Counted from the first letter of the whole stretch, positions 1-13,804 are shown. The stretch: 63,325 nt of DNA, filler included, from Octopus bimaculoides (GCF_001194135.2; 3 parts of 3 records of this genome joined end to end with filler, not necessarily neighbours in it), one strand, 5' to 3'. Numbers and translations: made by a program. The notes: generated from the sequence alone by a model not told the origin.

Positions 1-598
1 ATAACACGTTGCCCTAAAATTATAAATATGCCTAACCGACTTTGTCAAAAACAATGAGACTGAAGACTGTTCAGTTTTCTCAAATCTATAGCCTATGATA
101 AGTCATATACTCTACTTTCTCAAGTATATCCTATTGATTTAGTTTCACCGGCCGGCAACATCTAAGTTACAGGCTGGGTTGTCCTTCATCTTCTATCAAT
201 TCTCCTTCACTGAGTATTGATTATGTGAGCCACTTCATTGAACTGTAACAAACAACCGTTTCCAACACGTGCTTTTTTACTGTTGAATAAATATAACCTC
301 ATACATCCAACAGTAAAGACTTGTTTTCATTTAGAGTAGACAGTTACTCTACTCTCAATGAAAACGAGTTTACTGAGTTACCATACGATTCTACTTCGCT
401 GTATTTATTTATCACATTATATATGTTGTCTGTCTGTCCAGGTAATTTCTACCTGCTCTCTATATATTTAGATGATTGTATGCTCTATATATCTAGTAAT
501 TGTATACACATTGAATGTGACTGAGTTTCTTTCAGTTTAGTACCTCTCTCCTAATCATATATCTCTTTAACCAATTCTCTTAACTATCTATTTCTCAG

Positions 599-751
599 GA
601 ATTCTATGGTCCCATCAAAGAAGCTGGTCTTATCAACAACCAACAACTGACAGAATTGTTCTTGAACTTGGAAGAGCTGGTGGACGTTAATGAGAACTTC
701 ATTGAGCAGTTGAACCGTGTCTTGAACAGTTCACCTCTTCATAATGATAAG
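599..751 (+). CDS. RhoGEF exon (DH): EFYGPIKEAGLINNQQLTELFLNLEELVDVNENFIEQLNRVLNSSPLHNDK
   Basis: tttctcAG acceptor at 597-598, AAG/GTAAGA donor, 153 nt, phase 0-0. Confidence 0.92.
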
Positions 752-3700
752 GTAAGAACAACATTTTATTACATCACATCTCTTGCTCTTGCTCTTTCTC
801 TTTCTCTCTCACACTCTCTTAATATATATACATGCATACATATATACATATATACATACATATGCATGCGTGCATATGTCTGTGTATATATATATATACG
901 TAGAGAGAGTTGTAGGCGTAGATGTATGGAGGCGCATAGCTTATATATATATATATATATAATATTGTCTACTCTATTTCCTACATTCAGTTCAGTGTGC
1001 CATGTGCCAGTATCACAATTTTACTGTTATAACCTGCTGTTAAAATACTGTGTTCTACAGACTCCTACTTCGAGGAAAGTTAAATATTGGTCTCAGAATA
1101 CCTTAAGATGTAATAGAATTGTTTACACTTAAAGTTTGGAGTAAATTCTGGGTGTAACTTGCAGTGGGCCAAAAAATATTGTTTATCTTTACAACTATAT
1201 TTGCGAGGAAAATATTCACTAGCTTCAATGATTATATTTTCCTAGTTTACTCTATCAATTTAGAACAGACTTAATGACATGTATTACATGCTAATGTTGT
1301 TCTTTTCAATCAATCTATGTTATCGTCTGCTATATTTTACAGGAGGTTGACTGTGTTAATATTGGTCAATTGTTCCAAGAATCAATCCATATGTTCAAGG
1401 CCTTTGAGAAATATTGCGTCAAACAGGTTGGTAATCTCGATTTCCCTTTTTTTTTTTCACTTTTACGTTCTAACGTTCTATCTCTATCTTTTTCTTTGTC
1501 TTCCCTCTTACACTATATCGGTCTATCTCAGTTTCTATCTGTCTCACTCTTACACTGTTTCTGTCTGTTCCACTCCCTCACTATATCATATATTTCACTC
1601 CCATATTAGATCTATCATTATTAGATCTCCTTCCCACACTACATCTGTCTGTCTATCTCCTTCCCGTACTATTTCTGTCTATCTCACTCCCACACGATAT
1701 TCGTCTAGTTCCCCCTACGCTAAATCTGTTTGTCTATATCCTTCCCACATTTAATCTATTGACTTCCTCCCCATACTACATATGTCTGTCTATCTCCATC
1801 CCGCACTATTTCAGTCTTTCTCACTCTCACACTATATCTGTCTATCTTCCTCCCACACAATCATCCTATCTCCTTCCCACATCAGACTTGTCTATTTCCA
1901 TCTATTTTGTTATCACATATCAATTCTCTACACCTCTCTCTCTCTCTCTCTCTCCCTTTATCTCTCTCCCTCTCTCTCTCTCTCTATCTCGCTCTCTCTC
2001 TCTTTCTCTCTCTCTCTTTCTCTCTCTCTCTCACACGCATACTATCACCCACCACACTTCTACCACTACACATCAATTACATTCTCCACTTCCATATTTT
2101 CTCTACCATTTCACCTCGGTGTAATATCTTTTAACCCCTTTATTCCGCCAGAGTGACGCCATGGACCTACTGGAGAAATTAGAGACAGAGAACGACATTC
2201 TGCGAGCGTTCCTGCAAGTAACACAGGCTGAGAACACTACAGTTCGTCGCATGAGTCTAAAGTCATTCCTTATGGTTCCTGTTCAAAGAGTTATGAAGTA
2301 AGTAAATTGATGTACCTTGTGACGAACTACTTATAAACTGGGTTCATTTTGATTTTGATCGTTCCGGGTTTTATAAAATAGCAACCAGTTATACATCTGG
2401 GAAGATGTGGAGCTAATGAGTAAGAAAATAAAGGACAGTCGTGGGCAACCTGCCGCTCGAAAATTTACCTTGAGATGTTTTTTATTAGTGCAACCCGCCT
2501 AATGATGACCTGTGTCTCATGCGGCTCGCTTCTCGGAAAATGTTTGCCCTTGTCAGGTATTAGGACAATGAGCTCATAGTACGAGAAGTTCAACTTTAGT
2601 ACAGCCAATTCACGGTTATATATAGGCATTTAAATTTATTCTTAATCACCTCAATTCATGCAACTATCAGGAATATAATATAACAAATTGCCCGGGGGAA
2701 ATAGTTTAAAGTAGACTAGCACTAGAGCCATAGAGAGGGTTATTTAAATCTTATCTGTATATTGCTAACGAAATAGAGATTAACTACTAGACCCTTGGTT
2801 TCTTTTGACTTTTAGAAATATTAATTAATAAAAATAAAGTTAATTGATTAAGACCCCTGCTCTGTCGATAGATGTTGTTAAAAAATCTCGATTATAAATT
2901 TCTGACTAATGAGTTTTTCTTTCTTTTCGTTTTTCTACTCACTAGGTATCCATTATTGTTAAATCGATTGTACAAGTCAACTCCTCAGCACCACCGGGAT
3001 TCCATTCCGCTTCACGAATCATTAGTTGGCTTAGAACGAATTTTGGAAGAGATTAATGCTGTAAGTAATTATTCATCTCTCCATCCCTGATTTTACATTT
3101 CTTTTCTAAAATATACTCTCCTACATTTTCTACAATTCTCTTCCATCTATCTGCTAGACTTGCAAGGACCCTCTTCCAAAATTCACTAGTCCATGACGAA
3201 AAATACTCCTCCAGTACTGTTCTGACCTCGTCTACAGAATTCATATTTTTTACCGTCCAAATGACTTTGAAGACTACGGAATAAATGATAATCAGATGGG
3301 GCAATGTTTGGCGAATATGGTGGGTGGAACATCGTTTCCTATTCAAACTGTTCCAGCCTTTAAAATGTCATCCTCACTGTATGTGGCCGAGCATTTTCCT
3401 GGTGGAAGAACACCTTTCGTCTTGAAACCCATGATAGTCGTTTCTCTCCTAACACTGACTTAAGCCGCTCAAGCTGCTTGCAGTAGATCTCCTTTGTTTG
3501 GTTTGGGTTTAAAAGTTCAAAGTGGACTAAACCTTTCATATCCCACCAAACAGGTGGGTGAAGACTTTCTTTAGCCTGGAGTGCCGGTGTTTTTCCGTTC
3601 GCTACCCACTGTCTTCAGTGCTTGACATTTTTTATAGAGAACTCATTTCTTGTCATCAGTCTCTATTCAGTCCAAAAATTGGTTCATTCGTGAGACGTGA

Positions 3701-6340
3701 CAGCAAAGAAGAGCATACATTCATTCTCTGTGCGCAATTACTACCTGCTTTTATAGCAAGTTGATGCAGGTAGTTTATCCCGTTCATGCAATTGAAGAAA
3801 ACCACATTATTTATGGGTTGACCAAATATTTTACGAGCATGAAACTTAGTACACTTCTTTTCTCTATTTTTCTCATCTTCTATATCTGTGTATTTATTTT
3901 TGTTTCTTTCTCATATATTTCAGAAAATCCAAGGAACTAATACTCTGAGACTAACTCGCAAACGGTCGGAGCTAAGACGACACAGTTCTTCTGACAAGTT
4001 CGAGCTCATCAAGGTAAAAATTATTCTTTCTCAAATTTCTATAGTGACACATATTTTGTTGCTCTTCAGCGGTAACGTTTGTAGCATTCTATATTGCCAT
4101 AGTCCCTCTCAGATTAAAGTAACACATTCTCTATGTCATCATCATGACACACGCTTGTATGTTCTACTGTAACACAGCCCGCTTGCTCTCTTATACATTA
4201 TGATAATACTCGATAGCAATATATTCCATATTATTACGATATGATACGGAAGCTATTGCTCTGTAGAAACTCTGGTTATATTATGTCAGCCTTTGATACA
4301 ATATACAGTATATAATAAACTAGTATGAATGCTCTCGTGGTTTTCTGGTGACATTGCCCTGCAACTCAACAAATGGACAGAATTAATTGTTCTGGGGTAT
4401 AAAATGTCTTATTGCTTTATAATATACTGGAGTTTGTATTATTCTACAGACGTTTTTAGTCTATTATGATACAAATACGGGAGTGCCTGTATGAGTATAC
4501 ATGCATACAGCAAAAAAGGATCAAAGGTTCTTTCCGAGCTATAGACCCATAAGGCTGGTTTTCTGAATTATGTGACGTACATATCATACAAACACCCACC
4601 TGGACGGGACACCAGTCCGGTGAATGATTACTCACTTTTTCCGGCTGAGTGGACTGGAACAGCGTGAAATGAAATGCTTTGCTCAAGAACACAATGCATT
4701 GGCTAGCCCAGGAATTGAAACCACAATCTTACAATCATAAGTGCTCTACCCTTAACCATTAAACCACACGCCTCCACAATTTTCCTTGTTTTCTAATAAA
4801 TACTTGATCGTTGTGACGTTCCTGAATATAAGTTTCCTGTGAAGGTTCCCAACTTGTGCTTAGAACTAATAACATCCATTGTGTAAATCCTATGCATTTG
4901 GTTCAGATAGTATACTTTGTGTAGGTTTTATAAGCATAATAAATTTATGTTTTGTATATTGACAGCGCATATGAACAACACTTTAATACTTCTTCCCTTT
5001 TTTTCTTCGTGCTTTCAGACTGCTCTCAGTCATTTGAATTGGAGCCAAGAGGAGATTCATGACATACTAGTCAGTTCTTTACTGACCACTCAACCACAAG
5101 ATCATTTCTGGACTGGGAAAAAAATCAGCAACTTGAAGTTTTCTCAGATACACGCTGTCCTTTTAACACGTGGAGAGGTATGTATAATTTAACACTTGAG
5201 ATGGATCTACAGATTTTTATTAGATTGTCTGTGTGTCTGCGGAAGTTTGTTACTCATCAAAATGAGAGAAATGATTGGTTTACCTAAAGCTTTTTATAGC
5301 AATATATGCAGTACCTTTTACATGACACGGAGCTATATTTAATGGATGCCCTACTAAACAAAAAGTGTGAGATTGGCAGAATCGGTACAGCGGCGAAAAA
5401 TATTTTCTTGTATTTTTCTCCTTTTCTCTACTAAGTTCAAAACTTGCCGTGGTCTACTTTGCTTTTCATGCTTCCGGGGTCATTAACATAAATACCATTA
5501 ACGTACTATACACTTTCCGGAAAATTCATGAATTTGACTCTTGGGTACGTTTGGTGAGCTTCGTTTTATTGCAAGCCAGGCAAATTCCCTATTTTAGGAT
5601 GCTTCATCGCTTCCATCAGTTTCGGGAGCCTTGACGTTTGTTCCTGAGAGATCAAAAAAAAATTTTAAGTATTTTAGGAGACACTTTTACTTTTTGAACT
5701 TTAACATTGAAACAATTAATTTGTGACCTTTAGGATTATATTCTAAATATGTTGTTCTCTTCCTTTCAGCCTCAGCCAGAAAGTAGCATTACCAAGAAGT
5801 TACTCTTTACTCAGCAGTCTCCCATTCAACAAGCAGCCTTGGTCACACTTCGCTGCAAAGGCAGTAGATACCAACTAGTCCGGGTAAGTTTTCATCATAC
5901 GACTTTCTAGATTGTTAACAGGATTTTACGGGATCATGATATCTAACGACATCAACAGTTTCTTCAGAGCGGAACATAAAAAGACACACGCATAACCCAA
6001 AGAGTAGGCCACAAGGAGGTCTCTTTACTTCTTACGGATAGTAGCTAATTTTCACTCAATTAAAACGATATAGGAAATATAGGAAGGACTCATAAGAAAA
6101 TTTAATCCTAGATATCTCTTAAAAAGGTGGGATTGTCATAGCTAGAATAGCTTTGATCACAGGTTTCACGGATCAGGACTGATCTGATGCGAAGAAACGC
6201 AGATGAACAGCAACACTACACGCATGCATATGTAATGTAGTTTGTTCAAAAACTTTGATTAACAAAGCTTATCCATGAAACTAGTAGACAAAACTCCCTT
6301 GAGATGATTCTTCATATGAGATGCATTAGTTGTATACGCA

Positions 6341-6384
<44 letters not shown>

Positions 6385-6413
6385 TAGATAGAGAGAGATG
6401 CAGACAGGCAGAC

Positions 6414-6500
<87 letters not shown>

Positions 6501-7264
6501 CTGGTAAGCAGCCAGCCAGAGAACTGAATCTGTACACAGGCTGGATTCTCATTTGAGCTCTTTAACATGCTTCTAAAACTTCTAATTATTGGACACAGTC
6601 CTTACCAAGAAGACGGGAATCTGACTTGCCACAGTATCGTACTTAAAAGCAATGTCTTCGATTTATAGTATATTGATAGATGTTGGGGTGAACAGATAAA
6701 TGAGTAGTAGGATGGAATTGTGTATGAATGAAATATTGAGTATATCAGAAGTTTTGATTTTATTTTGTTTATGGTTTTTCAGGAACCCCTGTTTTTGGAC
6801 AAATGTGTCATAACTCTAAATTCAGAATTGTCTGAAAATATATTTGAAGTCCAAGATTGGAACAAAGAAACTTACTTGTTTAAGGTAAATATCACTCTAT
6901 TTATCTATCTATCTATCTATCTACATAGGATATATANNNNNNNNNNNNNNNNNNNNNNNNNNNNNNNNNNNNNNNNNNNNNNNNNNNNNNNNNNNNNNNN
7001 NNNNNNNNNNNNNNNNNNNNNNNNNNNNNNNNNNNNNNNNNNNNNNNNNNNNNNNNNNNNNNNNNNNNNNNNNNNNNNNNNNNNNNNNNNNNNNNNNNNN
7101 NNNNNNNNNNNNNNNNNNNNNNNNNNNNNNNNNNNNNNNNNNNNNNNNNNNNNNNNNNNNNNNNNNNNNNNNNNNNNNNNNNNNNNNNNNNNNNNNNNNN
7201 NNNNNNNNNNNNNNNNNNNNNNNNNNNNNNNNNNNNNNNNTGTATATAAATGTGTGTATATGTA

Positions 7265-7297
<33 letters not shown>

Positions 7298-7326
7298 ATA
7301 TATCCTATCTCTATCTTTTTCCTACG

Positions 7327-7375
<49 letters not shown>

Positions 7376-8202
7376 CATTTCTCTCCATTATTTCTTATAC
7401 AATTATAGATTGTAACCTATGAAATATATCCGTGACTAAGGAATAGATAAACAAGTAAATCCAAAGATCACTGTTCCATATCTCGCTAGAACAGTGCAGA
7501 TACTCTACACATCTATACAAATCTACGTCTCTGTATCAAATGTATATAATTTCCTTTAAATCTCATTTAAAAACTTCATTCCTTACTTTTCATTATTTCA
7601 TAACTTTCACTAACACGCACCATCCACACGCAATCTATACACCACACACCAAAATTTCATCGACTTTACACGGTTCCAATGAGATCTACAATGGTTATAG
7701 TTGACACTTAAATCTGTTTGACAGGAACTTTATTTATAAACCTATTATTCTAATATATAACCGTTTTCAAACATACCGCAAAGGGAACTCTAAGTCTCTT
7801 TCGAAACACATTTCTCAAATGAATACGAGGGAGAGAACAGACATGTCGTTGTCCATTTTGGAAAAACCACTCCATATAACAATAGTTCAAATTGGGGCAA
7901 TTATTTTGATCTAGAACTTATCACATTCTTAACCATCCCATATCAATAATGAACCGAAAAACAGAACTAATGTACACGTGCATGCACTGTGTGAAATATC
8001 TGCTGTCTCTTTTTAAAGAAACAGACAAAGCAATTTGTAGCATCTGAAACTTGTCACCATCTTTTCTTTGCTTCAATAACTATGACAGAGTATGGTGGAG
8101 CTGGATGTATACAAATTCTTACATACAAGCATGAAGCTATGAAGCGAAAATAACTACGGGGTTTATCTATCTATGTCTGTCTAACTTTCTCACTCTCTCC
8201 CA

Positions 8203-8263
<61 letters not shown>

Positions 8264-8590
8264 NNNNNNNNNNNNNNNNNNNNNNNNNNNNNNNNNNNNN
8301 NNNNNNNNNNNNNNNNNNTATATATATATATATATATATGAGAGCGAGAGAGAGAGAGAGACAGGTAGGCGGATAGATTGTAAAGTTTAGCTTCTTTATT
8401 GCATAATTTATCTATGATTGATTTGTTTCTTACTTGATGTCTAAATTTGACTTCTTTGTACTTACAGGGAGAAGACGACAAAGAAACCAAACGATGGGTT
8501 GAGCACTTGAAGAGGTTGAGTCGAAACCTTGGTGTATTTTGGAGACGTCGAAACGCCCTCCCAGATATTAATAGCAACAGCAAAGGGTAG
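599..8590 (+). CDS. 3' part (9 exons, 361 aa visible) of a Dbl-family DH-PH Rho guanine nucleotide exchange factor; possibly PsGEF-like; 5' exons lie upstream of the window
   Basis: Manual splicing of 599-751, 1343-1426, 2152-2297, 2946-3060, 3924-4013, 5019-5177, 5770-5883, 6783-6884, 8468-8590 gives 1086 nt of uninterrupted frame, all introns GT-AG. DH hallmarks: ELFLNLEELVDVNENF, LKSFLMVPVQRVMKYPLLLNRL. PH-like end: ENIFEVQDWNKETYLFK, GEDDKETKRWVEHLKR. Orthology to PsGEF is from recollection only. Confidence 0.93.
1343..1426 (+). CDS. RhoGEF exon (DH): EVDCVNIGQLFQESIHMFKAFEKYCVKQ
   Basis: ttttacAG acceptor, CAG/GTTGGT donor, 84 nt, phase 0-0; IGxxF...F..Y.KYC DH motif. Confidence 0.92.
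1490..1910 (+). repeat. degenerate intronic minisatellite, unit about 28-32 bp (consensus close to ctatatctgtctatctccttcccaca), grading into (CT)n at 1935-2030
   Basis: recurring tgtctatctc and cccacact motifs, more than 10 diverged copies. Confidence 0.7.
2152..2297 (+). CDS. RhoGEF exon (DH): SDAMDLLEKLETENDILRAFLQVTQAENTTVRRMSLKSFLMVPVQRVM(K)
   Basis: ccgccAG acceptor, GTAAGT donor, 146 nt, phase 0-2; LxSFLxxPVQR motif. Confidence 0.95.
2436..2560. mobile_element. possible hAT/Charlie-like MITE remnant
   Basis: left end cagtcgtgggcaacctg, internal gcggctcgc and degenerate right end atgtttgcccttg. Confidence 0.3.
2946..3060 (+). CDS. RhoGEF exon (end of DH): (K)YPLLLNRLYKSTPQHHRDSIPLHESLVGLERILEEINA
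   Basis: actAG acceptor, GCT/GTAAGT donor, 115 nt, phase 2-0; KYPLLL motif. Confidence 0.95.
3095..3830 (-). mobile_element. decayed mariner transposase fragment in a RhoGEF intron
   Basis: minus-strand frames give WWDMKGLVHFELLNPN, FHQENARPHT, HPPYSP..PSDYHLF-like segments and SVDEVRTVLEEYFSS...RWKRIVENVGEYI; several stops and frameshifts. Confidence 0.85.
3924..4013 (+). CDS. RhoGEF exon (DH-PH linker): KIQGTNTLRLTRKRSELRRHSSSDKFELIK
   Basis: atatttcAG acceptor, AAG/GTAAAA donor, 90 nt, phase 0-0. Confidence 0.85.
4522..4777 (-). mobile_element. tRNA-headed SINE, family B (near full length)
   Basis: minus strand: gtggaggcgtgtggtttaatggttaagg (A box), ggtttcaattcc (B box), then ttgtgttcttgagcaaagcatttcatttcacgc..ccagtccactcagc central domain; related copies at 26660-26820, 34720-34850, 62020-62185. 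Confidence 0.75.
5019..5177 (+). CDS. RhoGEF exon: TALSHLNWSQEEIHDILVSSLLTTQPQDHFWTGKKISNLKFSQIHAVLLTRGE
   Basis: long pyrimidine tract + ctttcAG, GAG/GTATGT donor, 159 nt, phase 0-0. Confidence 0.88.
5770..5883 (+). CDS. RhoGEF exon (PH): PQPESSITKKLLFTQQSPIQQAALVTLRCKGSRYQLVR
   Basis: tcctttcAG acceptor, CGG/GTAAGT donor, 114 nt, phase 0-0. Confidence 0.88.
6345..6500. repeat. compound microsatellite (CA)n-(GATA)n
   Basis: direct reading. Confidence 0.95.
6783..6884 (+). CDS. RhoGEF exon (PH): EPLFLDKCVITLNSELSENIFEVQDWNKETYLFK
   Basis: tttttcAG acceptor, AAG/GTAAAT donor, 102 nt, phase 0-0. Confidence 0.88.
8468..8590 (+). CDS. RhoGEF terminal coding exon: GEDDKETKRWVEHLKRLSRNLGVFWRRRNALPDINSNSKG*
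   Basis: ctttgtacttacAG acceptor; PH C-terminal helix with conserved Trp; TAG at 8588-8590. Confidence 0.88.
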   Translation, partial: GEDDKETKRWVEHLKRLSRNLGVFWRRRNALPDINSNSKG

Positions 8591-10470
8591 TTGTTCGTAA
8601 TGAAATCTTTTCCAAACGCTAAAAAGAATATTTCCAATTCTTTGTATGTTTGTTTGCTGCTTCCGAGCAGAAAACATCATTCAACTATATTCCCTGTACG
8701 GACAGTTGCTTGTTGAAAGTTAAATGAAGCGGACCGCTGCCTTCAAACTGAAAGACAAAAGAGAAAAAAAAATCAGAAAATATTTCTGAAGTGCCAGGTT
8801 TAGTCGATGTTAACGAAATTTTGACACTAAATCTACGCTGGTTTCTACTTGTTTTTATGATTTGCTCTAAACTAGCCATTCGATTGAACAGCTTTGTTGA
8901 TAAGAAGGAAGTCACCCTCAGTGAACAGCTTCAACGACACGGCACGAGAATACACGCAGCCGGCACAAATACTAGATCAGTTATATTTTCTGATATTTAA
9001 AACGGCGTTGTTATTTACAGTTGTGATATCCAGCATTGGGGATATACAATACGTAGATATCTCATCTGAGATTATTAGAACATTGAAATCATTTTAAATT
9101 ACAAAATGGAGGAACTATTTTCAAAAGGAGAAAATGTGGAGGGAATTTGAACTTTTGATGAAAAACATTCGGAAAGAAGAATCTATATTGGTTAAATATA
9201 TGTTAACCACCTCAAACGTACACATTTTATACTTCTACTCCCTCCTCAGGGAATCTTTTAAAAATCCTACATAGGCTTGGTTGTGGAAAAAAAACAAATT
9301 GACTCGTATAAAACTCATATATAAACTAGTGTAGCAAAGAAATGTGTGTATTTCTTTCTGAAGCCTTCTTTCTCGTTTTTGTTTTTAAATTCGTTATATC
9401 AGACGAAAAATCATATTTTGAGTGAGAGAAGCGTTGATGTTATTGAAGATAGCTGAGGAAGCTAATCTTGACCGATTTGTGGCCGAAGAAACTTCCACGG
9501 ATGATATTTATATATTATTTTGTCTCACCTTATGCCACTGCCACAGACCTCTTATCCCTGACCTCTACAATTTGGCTACTGATTTCAGTTGCAAAGAGGA
9601 TAGATCGCACATTTTTAACATTCCTGTATTTTTTGTGATTGCATAATTGCGTAAATAACTTGCCTTTAGTTACAATCCACTGATTTAAGGTGAGAGAGGA
9701 GAGCTGAGATGGAAGCGTCAATGTTTTTTTTTATTGGCTTTTATTTTTAATTTTAATTCAGTAATATCTCTTTTTATTTTTTTTTTTTCCTTTTTATTTC
9801 TTTTATCTCCCCCTACCTTAATTAATTTTCAAGAGGCTGGATTTTTTTTCCTTTTACAATTTAATAGCTAAAGCATACAAAAGCTTTAATGTCTTGCCTG
9901 ACAATTTTCTACCGATGTGCTGTTATGTATGTGCGGGAGTGGGGAGTGGGATGACGTGAGGAGGAATCGCACAAACACTGTAATGATGGAAGTGAATGAA
10001 ATCAGAGATAGAAATTTGATGGAATATGGGAGAATCAGCCACGGTACGCCAATTTCTGTGATGGTAAAAACTTATTGGTTATGAGGGACGAGTAAATGAT
10101 GAGGAGGGGGAGGATGATGATGACGAAGACGATGATGAAATAATTACATTTGTTTTATGATACCAAATCAATATCGCACATTATATTTCTTATTATATGT
10201 ATTTCGAGTGGAGTTCATGTTATTGTTTTTGTTCGTTTGTTTTTTTTTTGGGGGGGGGTTGAGATTTTGAATTTTTTTTTAATGCTAATATGCTTGCACA
10301 GATACGTATATATCTAGAACGATACAACTTCAGAGAACTATAAACCATAGAAAACTCTACAACAATGCACATATTTGCAAATGCGTGACAATTATACATA
10401 CACGCTTGTATATTTACAAGTAGACGCGCGCACACGAACTTATATATGTATATTATATATATACTGTGTG

Positions 10471-10541
<71 letters not shown>

Positions 10542-10800
10542 NNNNNNNNNNNNNNNNNNNNNNNNNNNNNNNNNNNNNNNNNNNNNNNNNNNNNNNNNNN
10601 NNNNNNNNNNNNNNNNNNNNNNNNNNNNNNNNNNNNNNNNNNNNNNNNNNNNNNNNNNNNNNNNNNNNNNNNNNNNNNNNNNNNNNNNNNNNNNNNNNNN
10701 NNNNNNNNNNNNNNNNNNNNNNNNNNNNNNNNNNNNNNNNNNNNNNNNNNNNNNNNNNNNNNNNNNNNNNNNNNNNNNNNNNNNNNNNNNNNNNNNNNNN

Positions 10801-10846
<46 letters not shown>

Positions 10847-11402
10847 GCTCACAAACTCACTCACATTTGTAAACATATTTGTTACGTTAAACAGATCAGT
10901 CCCTAAAAATGGCTGTTAAAGTCCGAGGCTGCGTCAAAACTGTGACCACGTGACTATGACTGTGGGAAAGATGACGGAAGTGTTGCTGGTGTTTAGACAA
11001 CCTAATCATTGTATTGACAACGATTTCATGATGTAGTTATACCAACGATGTTATGTAGTCAAAAGCCCGGACCCAGACTGATTTTGATTAAATAGTGACA
11101 TTGTCATCTGTGATGACTCAGCGACCTGTTTAAACTTTTCTAAGACATTAAAACGCTATTGATTTTATGTTCGACCAATATTCGAGTAGATTTGACAGGA
11201 TTTAGCACAAAATGCTTTAAAACCAAACAAAAAAGCAAAATCGTTAGAAAAACTTCCGAAAAAAATCTAAACTGTATTTGTAAACTGCTTTCAGATTCGA
11301 CTGATAAAATTGACACAAATATTCCAGGTTCAAACTCTACGTATATATCGTGCCTTCCTGGGTTGGTCGGTCGGTTTGTTGATGCTTGGTTCAGACTGGC
11401 TT

Positions 11403-11460
<58 letters not shown>

Positions 11461-11468
11461 CAGCAGCA
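11403..11468. repeat. (TAG)n microsatellite turning into (CAG)n
   Basis: direct reading. Confidence 0.95.
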
Positions 11469-12147
11469 ACAGTGGTAGCACCAGCATCACTGGCTATGTG
11501 AGGGAGAATTCCTAACGGTGCTATATCGTCACCTATCAACTAAGACAATGATAATTCCACGTTACAAGTAGAATTCTTTTTCTTCTAAGAGCTACAGTTT
11601 TCGCTCAACTTTAAACAGGCGCATGCGTCCACATATACGCCCATATACACACACATACATAATCATGCAGTGCATAACATTAATTCATTTAAATAATGCT
11701 GACACAGCACATATCATTTAAACTCCACCCAAGAAATATATAACACTTAAGCTGTAGATGCACAATTTAATGTCACTGCACATTCCTGGCCATTCTTGTC
11801 AGATATTCCGATGTGCTTTCTTTACAATGTATACCTGGATCATGATATGAATGTAGGTACATGAGTGTGTTTGTAAGTATATCTATCTAAATATATAGAT
11901 ATATATCCGTTAATATCGAATAATGAGAATGAGTGCTCAACACCGCATTGGTGAATAAATATTCTTTATTTGTGGGTTAACCAGGCTACCATTGGTTTTA
12001 TGTTGTATGTTGTATGTGTATGTGTGTGTATGTATGTATGCATGTATGTATGTATGTATGTATGTATATACACAGATATACATACAGTGTGTTATTATAT
12101 ATATATATATAGTGTTATGGTATATACATATACACACAGCATGTTAT

Positions 12148-12191
<44 letters not shown>

Positions 12192-13334
12192 CAGTGTGTT
12201 ATGGTATATATAGATATATNNNNNNNNNNNNNNNNNNNNNNNNNNNNNNNNNNNNNNNNNNNNNNNNNNNNNNNNNNNNNNNNNNNNNNNNNNNNNNNNN
12301 NNNNNNNNNNNNNNNNNNNNNNNNNNNNNNNNNNNNNNNNNNNNNNNNNNNNNNNNNNNNNNNNNNNNNNNNNNNNNNNNNNNNNNNNNNNNNNNNNNNN
12401 NNNNNNNNNNNNNNNNNNNNNNNNNNNNNNNNNNNNNNNNNNNNNNNNNNNNNNNNNNNNNNNNNNNNNNNNNNNNNNNNNNNNNNNNNNNTATATATAT
12501 ATATATATATATGTATGTATTAAAATGTATACTTACGTACATGAAGGCTGAGTAAGGTGCATGTTTATGTTCGTGTATTGTTTAGTTTTCATACACTTCA
12601 TGTGTGTGTATATATATATACATATATATATGATACGTATATTATCCTGCTAGATTGCTCCCTAAGTGAGCTCCTAATGATGGTATATGTACTGCTTAAG
12701 TATGTATACCTATGCGTATGTGACTATATTTACATGCCATCGAATTGTATACGCACTTTTGATGCCGTCAATATATATTTTTACAATTCTGAACTATTTT
12801 TCATTGAAAACCATTTATTTCAATAACAGTCAATCTTACTGTGACTTCAGACAACACAAAAGTATCCAACGAACTCTTAAACTGGATATCATTCCATTGT
12901 TAGGAATTCATTGTTTGTGTGTTCCAATATACCTGTATGTATGTACGTATGTATGTATGTATGTATGTATGTATCACGTATATATGTGTGTGTGTATGTA
13001 CGTGTGTGTATTTATATATACGATACACACACACATACATATATATATATGATATGCGTGCATGTACGTTTGTAAGGCCAATATGACATAAATATAATGT
13101 AAATACTGCAACCAAATACATAATGTCCACCATTCATTTTTATACTTTTTTCTTAAAGGGACATTATTATATTTCGTACAGCTGCCATATGTACAGATCC
13201 CTCCTATATTTCCCCTACTGACCCTTAAAACATTACTAATCCCTGATGTATGCTGGATGGATTCATTACCCTTGATTTTTCCCCATCCAAACCCAAATAC
13301 CTTCCTTTGTTATCCGTTCTTCTGTCACGTTATG

Positions 13335-13769
13335 TTTCAGAGGTGTATGTGTCTAGTTTCATCTACTCTGCTAGTTTTGATACTTCAGATGTGTAATTAT
13401 AAGGCATCTGTTGTATTAACACCTTGTCCGATTTATAATCCAGTGACATTTGTTGTATTAACACTTCGGGTAGGTGATGTCTTTTTAGTGTTATCTGATG
13501 TCTTAACACTCCAGATATGTAATATTAGAAATATCATCTGTTGTATTAATATATCAGAAAAGTAATATTTCCTGTGGCACATGTATTAACTCTCCAGATG
13601 TGTAAAATTTCTAAAGCCATATTCCGTATTAATACACCAGATGTGTAATATTTCTAGCGTCGTCTTAACATTCTAGAAGTATAATATTTTAGTGTCAACT
13701 GCTGTATTAAGACATCAGATTTGTAATATTCCAATATTCCATTGCGGTTTAATGTCTTAACATTACAGA

Positions 13770-13770
<1 letters not shown>
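13335..13770 (+). repeat. degenerate minisatellite, unit about 40-45 bp (consensus close to ccagatgtgtaatatttctagtgtcatctgttgtattaacact), about 10 copies
   Basis: recurring cagatgtgtaat and gtattaaca motifs at near-regular spacing. Confidence 0.75.
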
Positions 13771-13804
<34 letters not shown>

